A DNA stretch of 32,000 bases from Candidatus Saccharimonadota bacterium (GTDB taxonomy: Bacteria > Patescibacteriota > Gracilibacteria > UBA4473): positions 870,001 to 902,000 of the forward strand of contig JAUIFI010000001.1 of the NCBI GenBank assembly GCA_030429505.1. The letters are read 5' to 3'. This document shows positions 9,027 through 17,027 of this stretch, piece by piece (position 1 is the stretch's first letter; each line of letters opens with the position of its first letter). The notes under the pieces are model-generated. The model was given only the letters and a program-made list of their open reading frames with translations, made no database searches and was not told the DNA's origin. A program made the position numbers and the translations under genes.

Positions 9027-9580
9027 AATTCATAGAAAAAAAATCGGGATTTTCGCTTATTCAAACGATCGTCGCAATCGTAATACTAGCACTCAGTCTA
9101 TCTGCCACCATAACCCTAGTCACCACCGTCCTAAATCAAACTGACCTTAACAAAAAAAGAATCACTGGTACCTACCTTGCCCAGGAATGCCTGGAATTGG
9201 TAAGAAACATACGAGATAGTGCCTGGAAGCAAAATCTTTCTTGGAATTGTGGTTTTTCAGACGAAGGCGAATACCTAATACAATCTCACAAAAGTACAAC
9301 ACAATCATCGACCGAAAAAGACATATGCCAAAACGAACTCGGCGCTAAAATAACCACTGGAAGCGACGGAAAGCTTTTTCTTAAAAATGGAGTCTTCACA
9401 CATGATGGCAGCGGAAAAGAAACTCCTTTCGAACGAAAACTCATCATATCAGACAAAAAAGAAGTCGATAGCAAGACAACTCAAATCACCGCTACATGCA
9501 AAATAACCTGGGATCAAAAAAACCAGAATCCAGAAATCATAGAAATATCTGAAGTGCTTTCTAACTGGCAGAAAAAATGA
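9023..9580 (+). CDS. prepilin-like minor pilin (PilV-like position)
   Basis: N-terminus MKFIEKKSG|FSLIQTIVAIVILALSL, with Gln rather than Glu at +5. The start overlaps the upstream stop (ATGA). Confidence 0.7.
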   Translation: MKFIEKKSGFSLIQTIVAIVILALSLSATITLVTTVLNQTDLNKKRITGTYLAQECLELVRNIRDSAWKQNLSWNCGFSDEGEYLIQSHKSTTQSSTEKDICQNELGAKITTGSDGKLFLKNGVFTHDGSGKETPFERKLIISDKKEVDSKTTQITATCKITWDQKNQNPEIIEISEVLSNWQKK

Positions 9581-10155
9581 GAAAACCCGGAACTACTCTC
9601 ATAGAACTTATCGTTATTGTAGTAATTTCTGCCATCATCCTGTCAGCAGTCATGACCAGTTATGCATCCCTGGTAAAAACAAACCAGAAAATAAACGTCT
9701 CTCGACAACTCCAAAAAGAAATAAACTTCGCCATGATTCGTCTTACTGACAAAATGCGTTCATATTCTGTCGACTACGAAGCATATGATTCTGGAAACTG
9801 TAGTGGATACAATCTGAGCGACAGCAATAATCTTCTTTGTATACAAGGAGAAGGAGAAACTGACTCTTACTTTTTCAACCAAGGTGACTTCATAGCTCCC
9901 GATGGAGAAACCTATAAAACCCTCTTCATGAATCAAGAACCGCTATTTTCATCTTTTTTCGAAGTAAAAAACGTACACTTCTTCGTTACTCCTTCAAAAG
10001 ACCCTTTTGACATCAAAAACCTCCAAACACCCGCAGATATAAAAGCCTATAATCTCCAACCCAAAGTCACCATCACACTAGAGGTTGGATCTATTCAATA
10101 CGAAGACCTTGAATTCCATATCCAAACAACTATTTCCTCACGAAAATACCAATAA
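9577..10155 (+). CDS. prepilin-like minor pilin (PilW-like position)
   Basis: N-terminus MRKPG|TTLIELIVIVVISAIIL, with Glu at +5. The start overlaps the upstream stop (ATGA). Confidence 0.7.
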   Translation: MRKPGTTLIELIVIVVISAIILSAVMTSYASLVKTNQKINVSRQLQKEINFAMIRLTDKMRSYSVDYEAYDSGNCSGYNLSDSNNLLCIQGEGETDSYFFNQGDFIAPDGETYKTLFMNQEPLFSSFFEVKNVHFFVTPSKDPFDIKNLQTPADIKAYNLQPKVTITLEVGSIQYEDLEFHIQTTISSRKYQ

Positions 10156-10157
10156 TA

Positions 10158-11012
10158 ATGCCCAAAAAACTCAAATCCAAAGGATATATCCTCATCATTA
10201 CCGTAATTCTTTCTGCACTCATCCTTACAATAAGCCTAGGACTAAGCAAAATTCTCGCTACAGAAATAGAGTTTTCTGCCGACCTGCTTTTCGCTGAAAA
10301 AGCTTATTTTGCGGCCGAATCTGGCATTGAAACAGCCCTCATAGAGCTCAAATCAGAACCGGTCCAAAACGTAGTCGATCAAACATTAAGCTTCAGAACA
10401 GATCAAAATGGAGACCAAGATGACAGTGCCCAATTCAATCTCAACATTCAAAATCTAGTCTCAGAATTCTCCATACTCATTCCTCCTCAACAAACCAAAA
10501 AATTCCGCCTCAAAAAAGATACTGACGTCACGCTCAACATTACCGATCAAGCCGTCACAGATTTCACACTCAATGGCTCTCACGACACTTTTCAATGGAA
10601 AGTACAATGTCAAAAAAATGACAAAACCACATCCATTCAGGGAAAATGGAATGGAGGAAGTCTTCAAAATCAATCCGGAACATATGACGATATAGACGGA
10701 AACTCAAGCCTCAATGAAAGAGTCTCCACAATCTTCGCCAATTCAGATCCAAAAACCTGCTTCTTTTCCATTCAAAACCTAAGTAATGACGAATTAGAGA
10801 TCGACATTACCAACACCCAAGTCGCACCGGAAACGACTACTGTCAGTGCCACCGGATTATCAGGAAATAGGCAAAAAACTATCGAATTCGAGTATTCTCA
10901 AAAAAATATCTCCTCCTTCTTCGACTTTGGTTTCCTTCAAAGCGAAAAAGCTCCTTCTCCGCCAACCACGGGCGATCCAAATCGGGAAGCTCTCAAAAAT
11001 TCTACACAATAA
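10158..11012 (+). CDS. PilX_N-like minor pilin / tip-associated protein
   Basis: N-terminus MPKKLKSKG|YILIITVILSALILTISLG with no Glu at +5, followed by AEKAYFAAESGIETALIEL (PilX_N-like). It is a paralog of 2056..2991 in its N-terminal roughly 70 aa. Confidence 0.55.
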   Translation: MPKKLKSKGYILIITVILSALILTISLGLSKILATEIEFSADLLFAEKAYFAAESGIETALIELKSEPVQNVVDQTLSFRTDQNGDQDDSAQFNLNIQNLVSEFSILIPPQQTKKFRLKKDTDVTLNITDQAVTDFTLNGSHDTFQWKVQCQKNDKTTSIQGKWNGGSLQNQSGTYDDIDGNSSLNERVSTIFANSDPKTCFFSIQNLSNDELEIDITNTQVAPETTTVSATGLSGNRQKTIEFEYSQKNISSFFDFGFLQSEKAPSPPTTGDPNREALKNSTQ

Positions 11013-11061
11013 AATAAACAATTTTTCGATAAAAACACGAAAACTACATTACAATACAAAA

Positions 11062-12270
11062 CTATACTCCTAAAGAATCCTGGGCATCACGTAGCATTTC
11101 GGATTCCAAAGGCGCCTTGGAAGTAGTAAGTTTCGAAACCTCTCGTCGTTGCTCATGAAGATTTTGAGAGATTTTTTTAATATCAGATTCTTTTAACTTC
11201 ACGGACCGCATATTTTGTTTTCGAATTTCCACCGCATTTTGAAAATCCTCTGGCAAATGATCTTTACTTTCCATAAGACCAATCGACTCCTTCGTCAGTA
11301 AAATATTCGCCGCATTTTGAAACGAAATATGTCGATCATAATTCGCAATAAGATTTACAATATTTTCCCGATCCTGCGGATCAAATTCCTGAATTTTATC
11401 GTACTCAGTAATGCGTTTAAAATTCGCCAAAATTGGCTCCACAGATTCCACAGAAATCACAAAGAAAGAAAACCCCTCCTCCACAAAGCTCAATTTTTTC
11501 AACTCTGAAATATCATCTCGAGGCACTACAAAAAAGATTGTCGAATAAATCTTATCATTCCCCCTACACTTCCGAGCCGTTTCCTTCACCTGTTCAGGAA
11601 TATATCGCTTTATATCCTTCGATTTTTTCGCATCAAACACAATGTACTGCCCCAAAAAATCTACCAAAAAATCTGGCTTCAATGTTCCATCAAAATCCGG
11701 CGGCAAATCATTATTTTCAAACCACTGAAAACCAATGCGAGCATCTTGGCATACCCGACGAAGTTCAGCCAACGCCGCATTTTCATGGTCATTCCAAACA
11801 CGAGTCTGTTCTTCCAGTATTTGAGCTTGCTTAACCTCATCTTCTCGAATCACCCGATGTTGTTCTTTCTCAAGCTTCTCTCGCGAATGCTCTAATTTTT
11901 CCACTTTTTCCAAAAATTCTCGCTCCCGCCGTTCTTTATCCGCTTCAAATTGAGAAAGCACTTTTTCTCGTTCTGCTAACTTATCTCGCAAAATTTTAAT
12001 ATCACTTTCCAAAAGATTATTTCGCTCTCGCAACTGCTTACCCCGTTCCAAAAATTGATCCTTTTCTGACGTCTCACGCTTGAGTAATTCAGACATCTCA
12101 CCTAGCTTTTCCAGTTTAACTTCCAACTCTGCTCGCAACCGAGCCTGTTCTTCTAATAAAGCTTGATACTCCTGTCGCAACTGACCTTCATCACCATTTT
12201 TTCGCCCCCACAACCAAAAACCACCACCAATACCACACGCTAAAAACAAAATATAACCAAATATCTCCAT
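11062..12270 (-). CDS. RmuC-like membrane-anchored coiled-coil protein with a PD-(D/E)XK-type nuclease core
   Basis: N-terminal TM (IFGYILFLACGIGGGFWLW), then a long E/K/R/L-rich coiled coil, then KPDFLVDFLGQYIVFDAKKS. That last segment matches the RmuC-type pattern PD..(hydrophobic)D-A-K. Length is 402 aa. Confidence 0.5.
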   Translation of the reverse strand: MEIFGYILFLACGIGGGFWLWGRKNGDEGQLRQEYQALLEEQARLRAELEVKLEKLGEMSELLKRETSEKDQFLERGKQLRERNNLLESDIKILRDKLAEREKVLSQFEADKERREREFLEKVEKLEHSREKLEKEQHRVIREDEVKQAQILEEQTRVWNDHENAALAELRRVCQDARIGFQWFENNDLPPDFDGTLKPDFLVDFLGQYIVFDAKKSKDIKRYIPEQVKETARKCRGNDKIYSTIFFVVPRDDISELKKLSFVEEGFSFFVISVESVEPILANFKRITEYDKIQEFDPQDRENIVNLIANYDRHISFQNAANILLTKESIGLMESKDHLPEDFQNAVEIRKQNMRSVKLKESDIKKISQNLHEQRREVSKLTTSKAPLESEMLRDAQDSLGV

Positions 12271-12349
12271 CGTATCAGCATACTAGCAGGTTTTCATTTT
12301 TATAAAACCATAATAATATTACGTAAAAATAAGAGTAATATACAAATTA

Positions 12350-12859
12350 ATGAGAATATTGTTCATCTGTGGAATAAACAATTATGAGTGGCAACTCAAA
12401 GGATGGAAAAAAGATCTATCATCTCTTCTTCCAGAAAATGAAGTCATATTTCTTAGCCAATGGTATCTCCACCCACAACGAAAAAAAATAAACACCCTTG
12501 TGCAAAAAGGAATATCCATCATGGAGGATTGCAAACCAACCATCATCATAGCACATTCTTTCGGAGGCATCCTTGCGAAAAGCATTATTGCTCAAAGCAA
12601 AAACCACAACATCCAAAAGCTCATCACCATGGCATCTCCTCACCAAATGAACATGCTAAAACTCAAAGAAGCCAAAACATATTTACAAACCCCAGAATCC
12701 GTAAACACAAAAACCCTCACCTTCGGCGGCATATTTGACCCCATAGTCCCTTTCTGGAAAACACATACAAAGAACTCCATCCACAAAAATTTTTGGTGCA
12801 ATCACTGGAGCTTTCTATATTCAAAAAAAATAAGAAAAAAGATTATAAAGATGATTTAA
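12350..12859 (+). CDS. small alpha/beta-fold serine hydrolase
   Basis: 169 aa. The beta-strand start RILFICG and the nucleophile elbow IIIAHSFGG (GxSxG-like) are present. No signal peptide. Confidence 0.45.
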   Translation: MRILFICGINNYEWQLKGWKKDLSSLLPENEVIFLSQWYLHPQRKKINTLVQKGISIMEDCKPTIIIAHSFGGILAKSIIAQSKNHNIQKLITMASPHQMNMLKLKEAKTYLQTPESVNTKTLTFGGIFDPIVPFWKTHTKNSIHKNFWCNHWSFLYSKKIRKKIIKMI

Positions 12860-12869
12860 AACAAAAAAA

Positions 12870-15800
12870 TCAAATAAATTTCTCAACCTGCAAAATAATA
12901 TCCTCCCCATCAACCTCAATAACATCATTCTTAAGCGAAGTATCAATCGGACCACCATCAATAACCTCTTCTGCCAAAACCTCTCCAAAAATCATCAGTC
13001 CAAAGACTTCAAAAGCTTTTTTGATATCATCTGAATCAGTCTTATAGTGAAGAGAAATACGATCCGAAACATCAAAATCACTTGATTTTCTGAGGTCTTG
13101 AATCGCTCGAATTAGCTCACGAGCCGTTCCTTCGACCTTCAAACCTTCGGTAATTTCCGTATCGAGAAGAACCAAGACACGAGAATTCGCATCAGCCTCA
13201 ACTCCAACTTCACACACAAATCCCATCTCATACTCATTCTGTTCCAAAACCTCACCCCCAACCTCAACTCTCCCATCCTCCAAAGACTCATACTCGCCAT
13301 CCTTACCAGCTTTGATTAAAACTTGAACCTTTGCTCCCAAACGAGGTCCTACTTTCTTCGCATCAATCCGAATAATTTGCTGAGCAATACCCTTTGTAGA
13401 TTTCAAAATCTCTACTTCTTTGACATTCGCCTCCGCTTTAATAACCTCCAAATCCAAATGCTTCCCATCAACAGAAACAAATCGCAACTTACCAAGCGGT
13501 TGCCTCAATTTTATCTTTTTCCGAGACCGGATTCCTGCCGCTAGACCAACAATTTCTCGTGACAAATTAACCCTGTCTTCGGTCTTTGTATCAATCCAAG
13601 ACGAAACAGCACAAGGAAAAGATTCTAAATGGACAGATTCCCCCCCCTTCAAATCTTTGTACAATTTTTCCGCTACAAACGGACACACAGGCGCCAAAAT
13701 CTTGGACAGCGTCAGCAAGACATAGTGTAACGTCTCGTATCCTGATCGCTTTTCATTAGACATTCCATCTGCCCAAAATCGTCGTCGTGAACGACGCAGA
13801 TACCAGTTATTAAGTTTATCAATAAACACCGGAACAAGCTTCAATGCTCCCTCCAAATCATACGAATCAAACGCTTTTCGATATTCTCGAATTAGCGTCT
13901 GTAACTCTGATACAATCCATCGATCTAAATCAGAAACCAAAGTATGCTTTAATCCTTTCTCACGAGAATCACTATTCTCTGGATTATCATCCAAAATGTC
14001 ACACGGCAAAAAAGAAAACTCTTTTGGCTTCCATCCATCAATATTGGCATACGTAGAAAAAAACTGATATGCCGACCGTAAAGGCAAAATGACAGATTTT
14101 AAAACCTCTTCTACTCCCTTCTCCGAAAACCGCAAATTCTCTCCCCGAGCCACGGGAGAATTAAGCAAGTAAAACCGCATCGCATCTGCACCATATTTCT
14201 CGAAAACCAGATTCGGATCCGGATAATTTTTCTTAGATTTGGACATTTTTGCCCCATCCTCAGCCAAGACAATTCCGTTCGTAATGACATTCTTATATAC
14301 ATTCGTTCCAAAAAGTGCCACTCCCAACACATGCAAGTTATAAAACCAACACCGCGTCTGATCCAAACCCTCAGCAATAAAATCCGCTGGCTGAAAAGTC
14401 TTATCTTGTTCTTCAAAAGGATAATGCTTGGAAGCATACGGCATAGAACCTGACTCAAACCAGCAGTCCAAAACCTCAGGAATCCGGCGCATCACACCAC
14501 CCGTCTCTTCATTCTTCCAAGTCAGATCATCGATAAAATGCCGGTGCAAATCCGTCACCTTTTTCCCCGAAAGCTTTTCTAATTCTTCCCGAGAACCAAT
14601 CACCTGAACCTCTCCAGTCTTATCACATCGCCATACCGGTATGGGCGTTCCCCAATATCGATTACGAGAAATCGCCCAATCAGGAGCATTTTCCAATCCC
14701 TTCGCGAATCGCCCATCCTTCAAGTATGAAGGAATCCAATTAATATTTTTGTTTTGCTCCAAAAGCTGATCTTTGATTTTCTGCACATTCACAAACCACG
14801 TCTTAATCCCCCGATACATCAGGGCACACTCTGTCCGCCAACAATGCGGATAACTGTGACGAATTTGTTCCCTCTTAAAAAGCAGTCCCTTTCCCTTAAG
14901 CTCCGCCAACACCCAATCGTTCGCATTATATTCTTTCGAACCTTCGACCTCTAGATCAGAACGAAAATATCTATCTTGCAACTCCTTCACATCTTCTGCC
15001 GCTTCTGGATGTGTCTCGATATCCGTAAAATCAAAAAAACAGTTATCTGTAAACGGATACACAAGCTCCACCCCATTCGCCTGCAATATCCTCGCATCAT
15101 CCTCACCCGTCGGCGCCATATGCACAATCCCAGTTCCCTCAGTATCAGACACAAAATCATCAGCAAAAACCTGATGAGCGTTTTTTCGTCCCTTGAAGAA
15201 AGGAAAAACTGGTTTGTATTTTTTACCAATAAGTTCTGATCCCTTTATAAAGGTTTTTTCTCCTAAAGAAAAAACTGAGTTTAAATTTTCTTCATAATAA
15301 TTCTTAGAAATTATCAAACACTCTGGTGATAAAAGTTTCGTAGAAGCAATGGGCTTACTAAGTACTTCTGGATTTTTTAAATTATTCCTGTTTCCGCGTG
15401 GAACATAAGACAAAACTCCATCTTTTTCATAAACCTGAAGCTTAAGTTTCACATACTCCATTTCAGGATGAACCACCAAGCCCAAATTACTCGGCAATGT
15501 CCACGGCGTCGTCGTCCATGCTAGTAAATATGTCCCCGGCTCATCTTCTAGCTCAAACTTCACCGTCACCGCCGGATCATCAATGTCCTTATAATTCAAA
15601 TTCGCCTCAAAATTCGACAAAGGAGAGCCTAGTTTCGGAGAATAGGGAACTACCTTTTCTCCTTCATAAATCAAACCCTTCTTCCACAGCTCCGAAAATA
15701 CCCACCACACCGACTCCATAAACTCCGGATCCATCGTCTTGTAATCATCCTGAAAATCCACAAACCGACCCATTCGATCCACCGTAGCCTCCCAATCATC

Positions 15801-16190
15801 ACGACATCGCAACACCACCGATCGACACAATTCATTAAATTTTCCAATTCCCATCTTTTCAATCCCGGGTTTTCCACCAATCCTATGTTCCTTCTCCACC
15901 TGAAATTCCACCGGAACCCCATGACAATCCCAGCCCCACTTTCGCTCTACTCGATAGCCCTTCATCGTATAGTAACGAGGAATTGCATCTTTCAGTGTCC
16001 CTCCAACCATATGCCCATAATGCGGCAATCCCGTCGCAAACGGCGGCCCGTCAAAAAACACAAACGGACGCTCTTTGCTCCGAGAATCAACCGTTTTTTG
16101 AAAAATATTCTCCTTTTTCCAAAAAGACAATATTTCTTCTTCTGTTTGTGATACAGACTTTTTCGAATCCAGGGGAGGAAAAAAACTCAT
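12870..16190 (-). CDS. ileS: isoleucyl-tRNA synthetase, type 2 (eukaryote/actinobacteria-like)
   Basis: HIGH motif as PHYGHMVGG and KMSKS as GAKMSKSKKNYPDP. WCISRQ-like AISRNRYWGTPIPVW is present. The C-terminus EGTARELIRAIQDLRKSSDFDVSDRISL has no Cys-rich Zn cluster. Length is 1106 aa. Confidence 0.95.
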   Translation of the reverse strand: MSFFPPLDSKKSVSQTEEEILSFWKKENIFQKTVDSRSKERPFVFFDGPPFATGLPHYGHMVGGTLKDAIPRYYTMKGYRVERKWGWDCHGVPVEFQVEKEHRIGGKPGIEKMGIGKFNELCRSVVLRCRDDWEATVDRMGRFVDFQDDYKTMDPEFMESVWWVFSELWKKGLIYEGEKVVPYSPKLGSPLSNFEANLNYKDIDDPAVTVKFELEDEPGTYLLAWTTTPWTLPSNLGLVVHPEMEYVKLKLQVYEKDGVLSYVPRGNRNNLKNPEVLSKPIASTKLLSPECLIISKNYYEENLNSVFSLGEKTFIKGSELIGKKYKPVFPFFKGRKNAHQVFADDFVSDTEGTGIVHMAPTGEDDARILQANGVELVYPFTDNCFFDFTDIETHPEAAEDVKELQDRYFRSDLEVEGSKEYNANDWVLAELKGKGLLFKREQIRHSYPHCWRTECALMYRGIKTWFVNVQKIKDQLLEQNKNINWIPSYLKDGRFAKGLENAPDWAISRNRYWGTPIPVWRCDKTGEVQVIGSREELEKLSGKKVTDLHRHFIDDLTWKNEETGGVMRRIPEVLDCWFESGSMPYASKHYPFEEQDKTFQPADFIAEGLDQTRCWFYNLHVLGVALFGTNVYKNVITNGIVLAEDGAKMSKSKKNYPDPNLVFEKYGADAMRFYLLNSPVARGENLRFSEKGVEEVLKSVILPLRSAYQFFSTYANIDGWKPKEFSFLPCDILDDNPENSDSREKGLKHTLVSDLDRWIVSELQTLIREYRKAFDSYDLEGALKLVPVFIDKLNNWYLRRSRRRFWADGMSNEKRSGYETLHYVLLTLSKILAPVCPFVAEKLYKDLKGGESVHLESFPCAVSSWIDTKTEDRVNLSREIVGLAAGIRSRKKIKLRQPLGKLRFVSVDGKHLDLEVIKAEANVKEVEILKSTKGIAQQIIRIDAKKVGPRLGAKVQVLIKAGKDGEYESLEDGRVEVGGEVLEQNEYEMGFVCEVGVEADANSRVLVLLDTEITEGLKVEGTARELIRAIQDLRKSSDFDVSDRISLHYKTDSDDIKKAFEVFGLMIFGEVLAEEVIDGGPIDTSLKNDVIEVDGEDIILQVEKFI

Positions 16191-16645
16191 TGGGAATGTT
16201 CAAAATCAGAAATTTTCTGCAGTCGGGACACATGGCGTCCACCTTCAAACTCCGTATCAAGCCACAGCTTCACCGCCTCCTTTGCTTCATCAGTAGAGAG
16301 AAAGCGAGCTCCAAGCGACAAAACATTCGCATTATTGTGCTGACGAGATAACTTCACAATCTCCAAGTCTCCTCCATAAAAAAGTGCCGCACGAATTCCC
16401 TTTGTCTTATTCGCCGCCAAGGCCTCCCCTTGTCCAGAGCCACCAAAAACAATCCCAAAGCATTCATCGACACATTCAGATACTTTTTGAGCTACTTTCA
16501 GGATGAAATCCGGATAATCATCATCCGGCTGCAACACATACGCCCCACAGTCCTCAACTTCACACCCAAGTTCAAGCAAATAAGACTTTATATCATCTTT
16601 CAACGCAAAACCTGCGTGATCGGTACCAAGAAAAATTTTAACCAT
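16187..16645 (-). CDS. rpiB: ribose-5-phosphate isomerase B (Glu-type active site)
   Basis: MVKIFLGTDHAGFALK and GGSGQGEALAANK are present. As I recall, this is the Mycobacterium-type GGSGxGE motif rather than the E. coli CGTG motif. The start is the internal ATG at 16645, and the stop overlaps the ileS start (ATGA at 16187-16190). Confidence 0.85.
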   Translation of the reverse strand: MVKIFLGTDHAGFALKDDIKSYLLELGCEVEDCGAYVLQPDDDYPDFILKVAQKVSECVDECFGIVFGGSGQGEALAANKTKGIRAALFYGGDLEIVKLSRQHNNANVLSLGARFLSTDEAKEAVKLWLDTEFEGGRHVSRLQKISDFEHSQ

Positions 16646-16679
16646 AAAAAAAACGCATAAGAAAACATTTTCTTCTACG
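16646..16679 (-). terminator. intrinsic terminator of the T-box-like leader
   Basis: Minus strand reads CGUAGAAGAAA-AUGU-UUUCUUAUGCG (16679-16654): 10 pairs with one G/A mismatch and one G.U. It is followed directly by U8 (16653-16646) and then the rpiB AUG. Confidence 0.55.
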
Positions 16680-16987
16680 AGAACCTCACCAAAGGTGGGC
16701 GGTACCATCTCGATTCAAGGTTTTAAAAGTTCGAACTCTTTGTGTTTCTGAGTTCGAACTTGGCAAAAACCAAGCTCTTCATTATTTGATAACGCTCAAA
16801 GCCTTGTCCCAGACTTGTTCTGGAATCTGCAGACAAAAACGATCTGGTCTACTCTCGATTCCTGTCATCCTGAATTTATTTCAGGATCTCTTCAACAAAA
16901 ACCAATTTCTTCAGACTCCCATTCCGATAAGTCAGAAATCGTGGGTGATAGCCACTCAATGGGATTTGTAAAAAACTCATAAAGAAC
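16646..16987 (-). promoter_or_regulatory. T-box-like riboswitch leader of the rpiB-ileS operon (3' domain well supported, Stem I unresolved)
   Basis: The minus strand reads CGAGA (16712-16708), UGGUACC (16707-16701), GCCCACC-UUU-GGUGAGGU (16700-16683), UCUCG (16682-16678). This gives helix A1, a 7-nt UGGNACC bulge and a capped helix A2. The core UGGUACCGC matches the T-box consensus. A perfect 12-bp hairpin (16761-16750 / 16738-16727) sits at the Stem III position, and the terminator shares C16679/G16678 with A1. Confidence 0.5.
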
Positions 16988-16993
16988 AAAGGT

Positions 16994-17021
16994 ATCATAT
17001 CCTCCCACACTACAAAGTCAA
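16994..17021 (-). promoter_or_regulatory. sigma70-type promoter for the leader-rpiB-ileS unit
   Basis: On the minus strand TTGACT (17021-17016), a 16-nt spacer, then TATGAT (16999-16994). It starts 7 nt after the stop of the upstream NifS-like gene. Confidence 0.4.
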
Positions 17022-17027
17022 TAACCA

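Noticed and set aside
16646-16708. Longer rpiB start at ATG 16708 (track ORF 16187..16708)
   Set aside because: The extension MVPPTFGEVLVEENVFLCVFF has no counterpart in RpiB. MVKIFLGTDHAG at 16645 is the canonical N-terminus. The upstream ATG is part of the UGGUACC bulge and terminator region.
16727-16761. GTTCGAA-containing sequence that looks like a tRNA T-arm, and a GGTACCA ending at 16707 that looks like a tRNA 3' end
   Set aside because: The two GTTCGAAC copies are the arms of one perfect 12-bp inverted repeat. I could not build an acceptor stem, D-arm or anticodon arm on either strand. The GGTACC belongs to the T-box-like bulge read on the minus strand.
16786-16971. Track ORF (61 aa, plus strand) translating as ...IPVILNLFQDL... 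across the hairpin atcctgaa-tttat-ttcaggat. I also considered a dispersed palindromic repeat element, because similar translated strings appear in spurious small ORFs in other genomes as far as I recall.
   Set aside because: It lies antisense to the rpiB-ileS leader and has no start context. It is best explained as RNA-structure-forming leader sequence. Only one copy is present in this window, so a repeat-family claim cannot be supported here.
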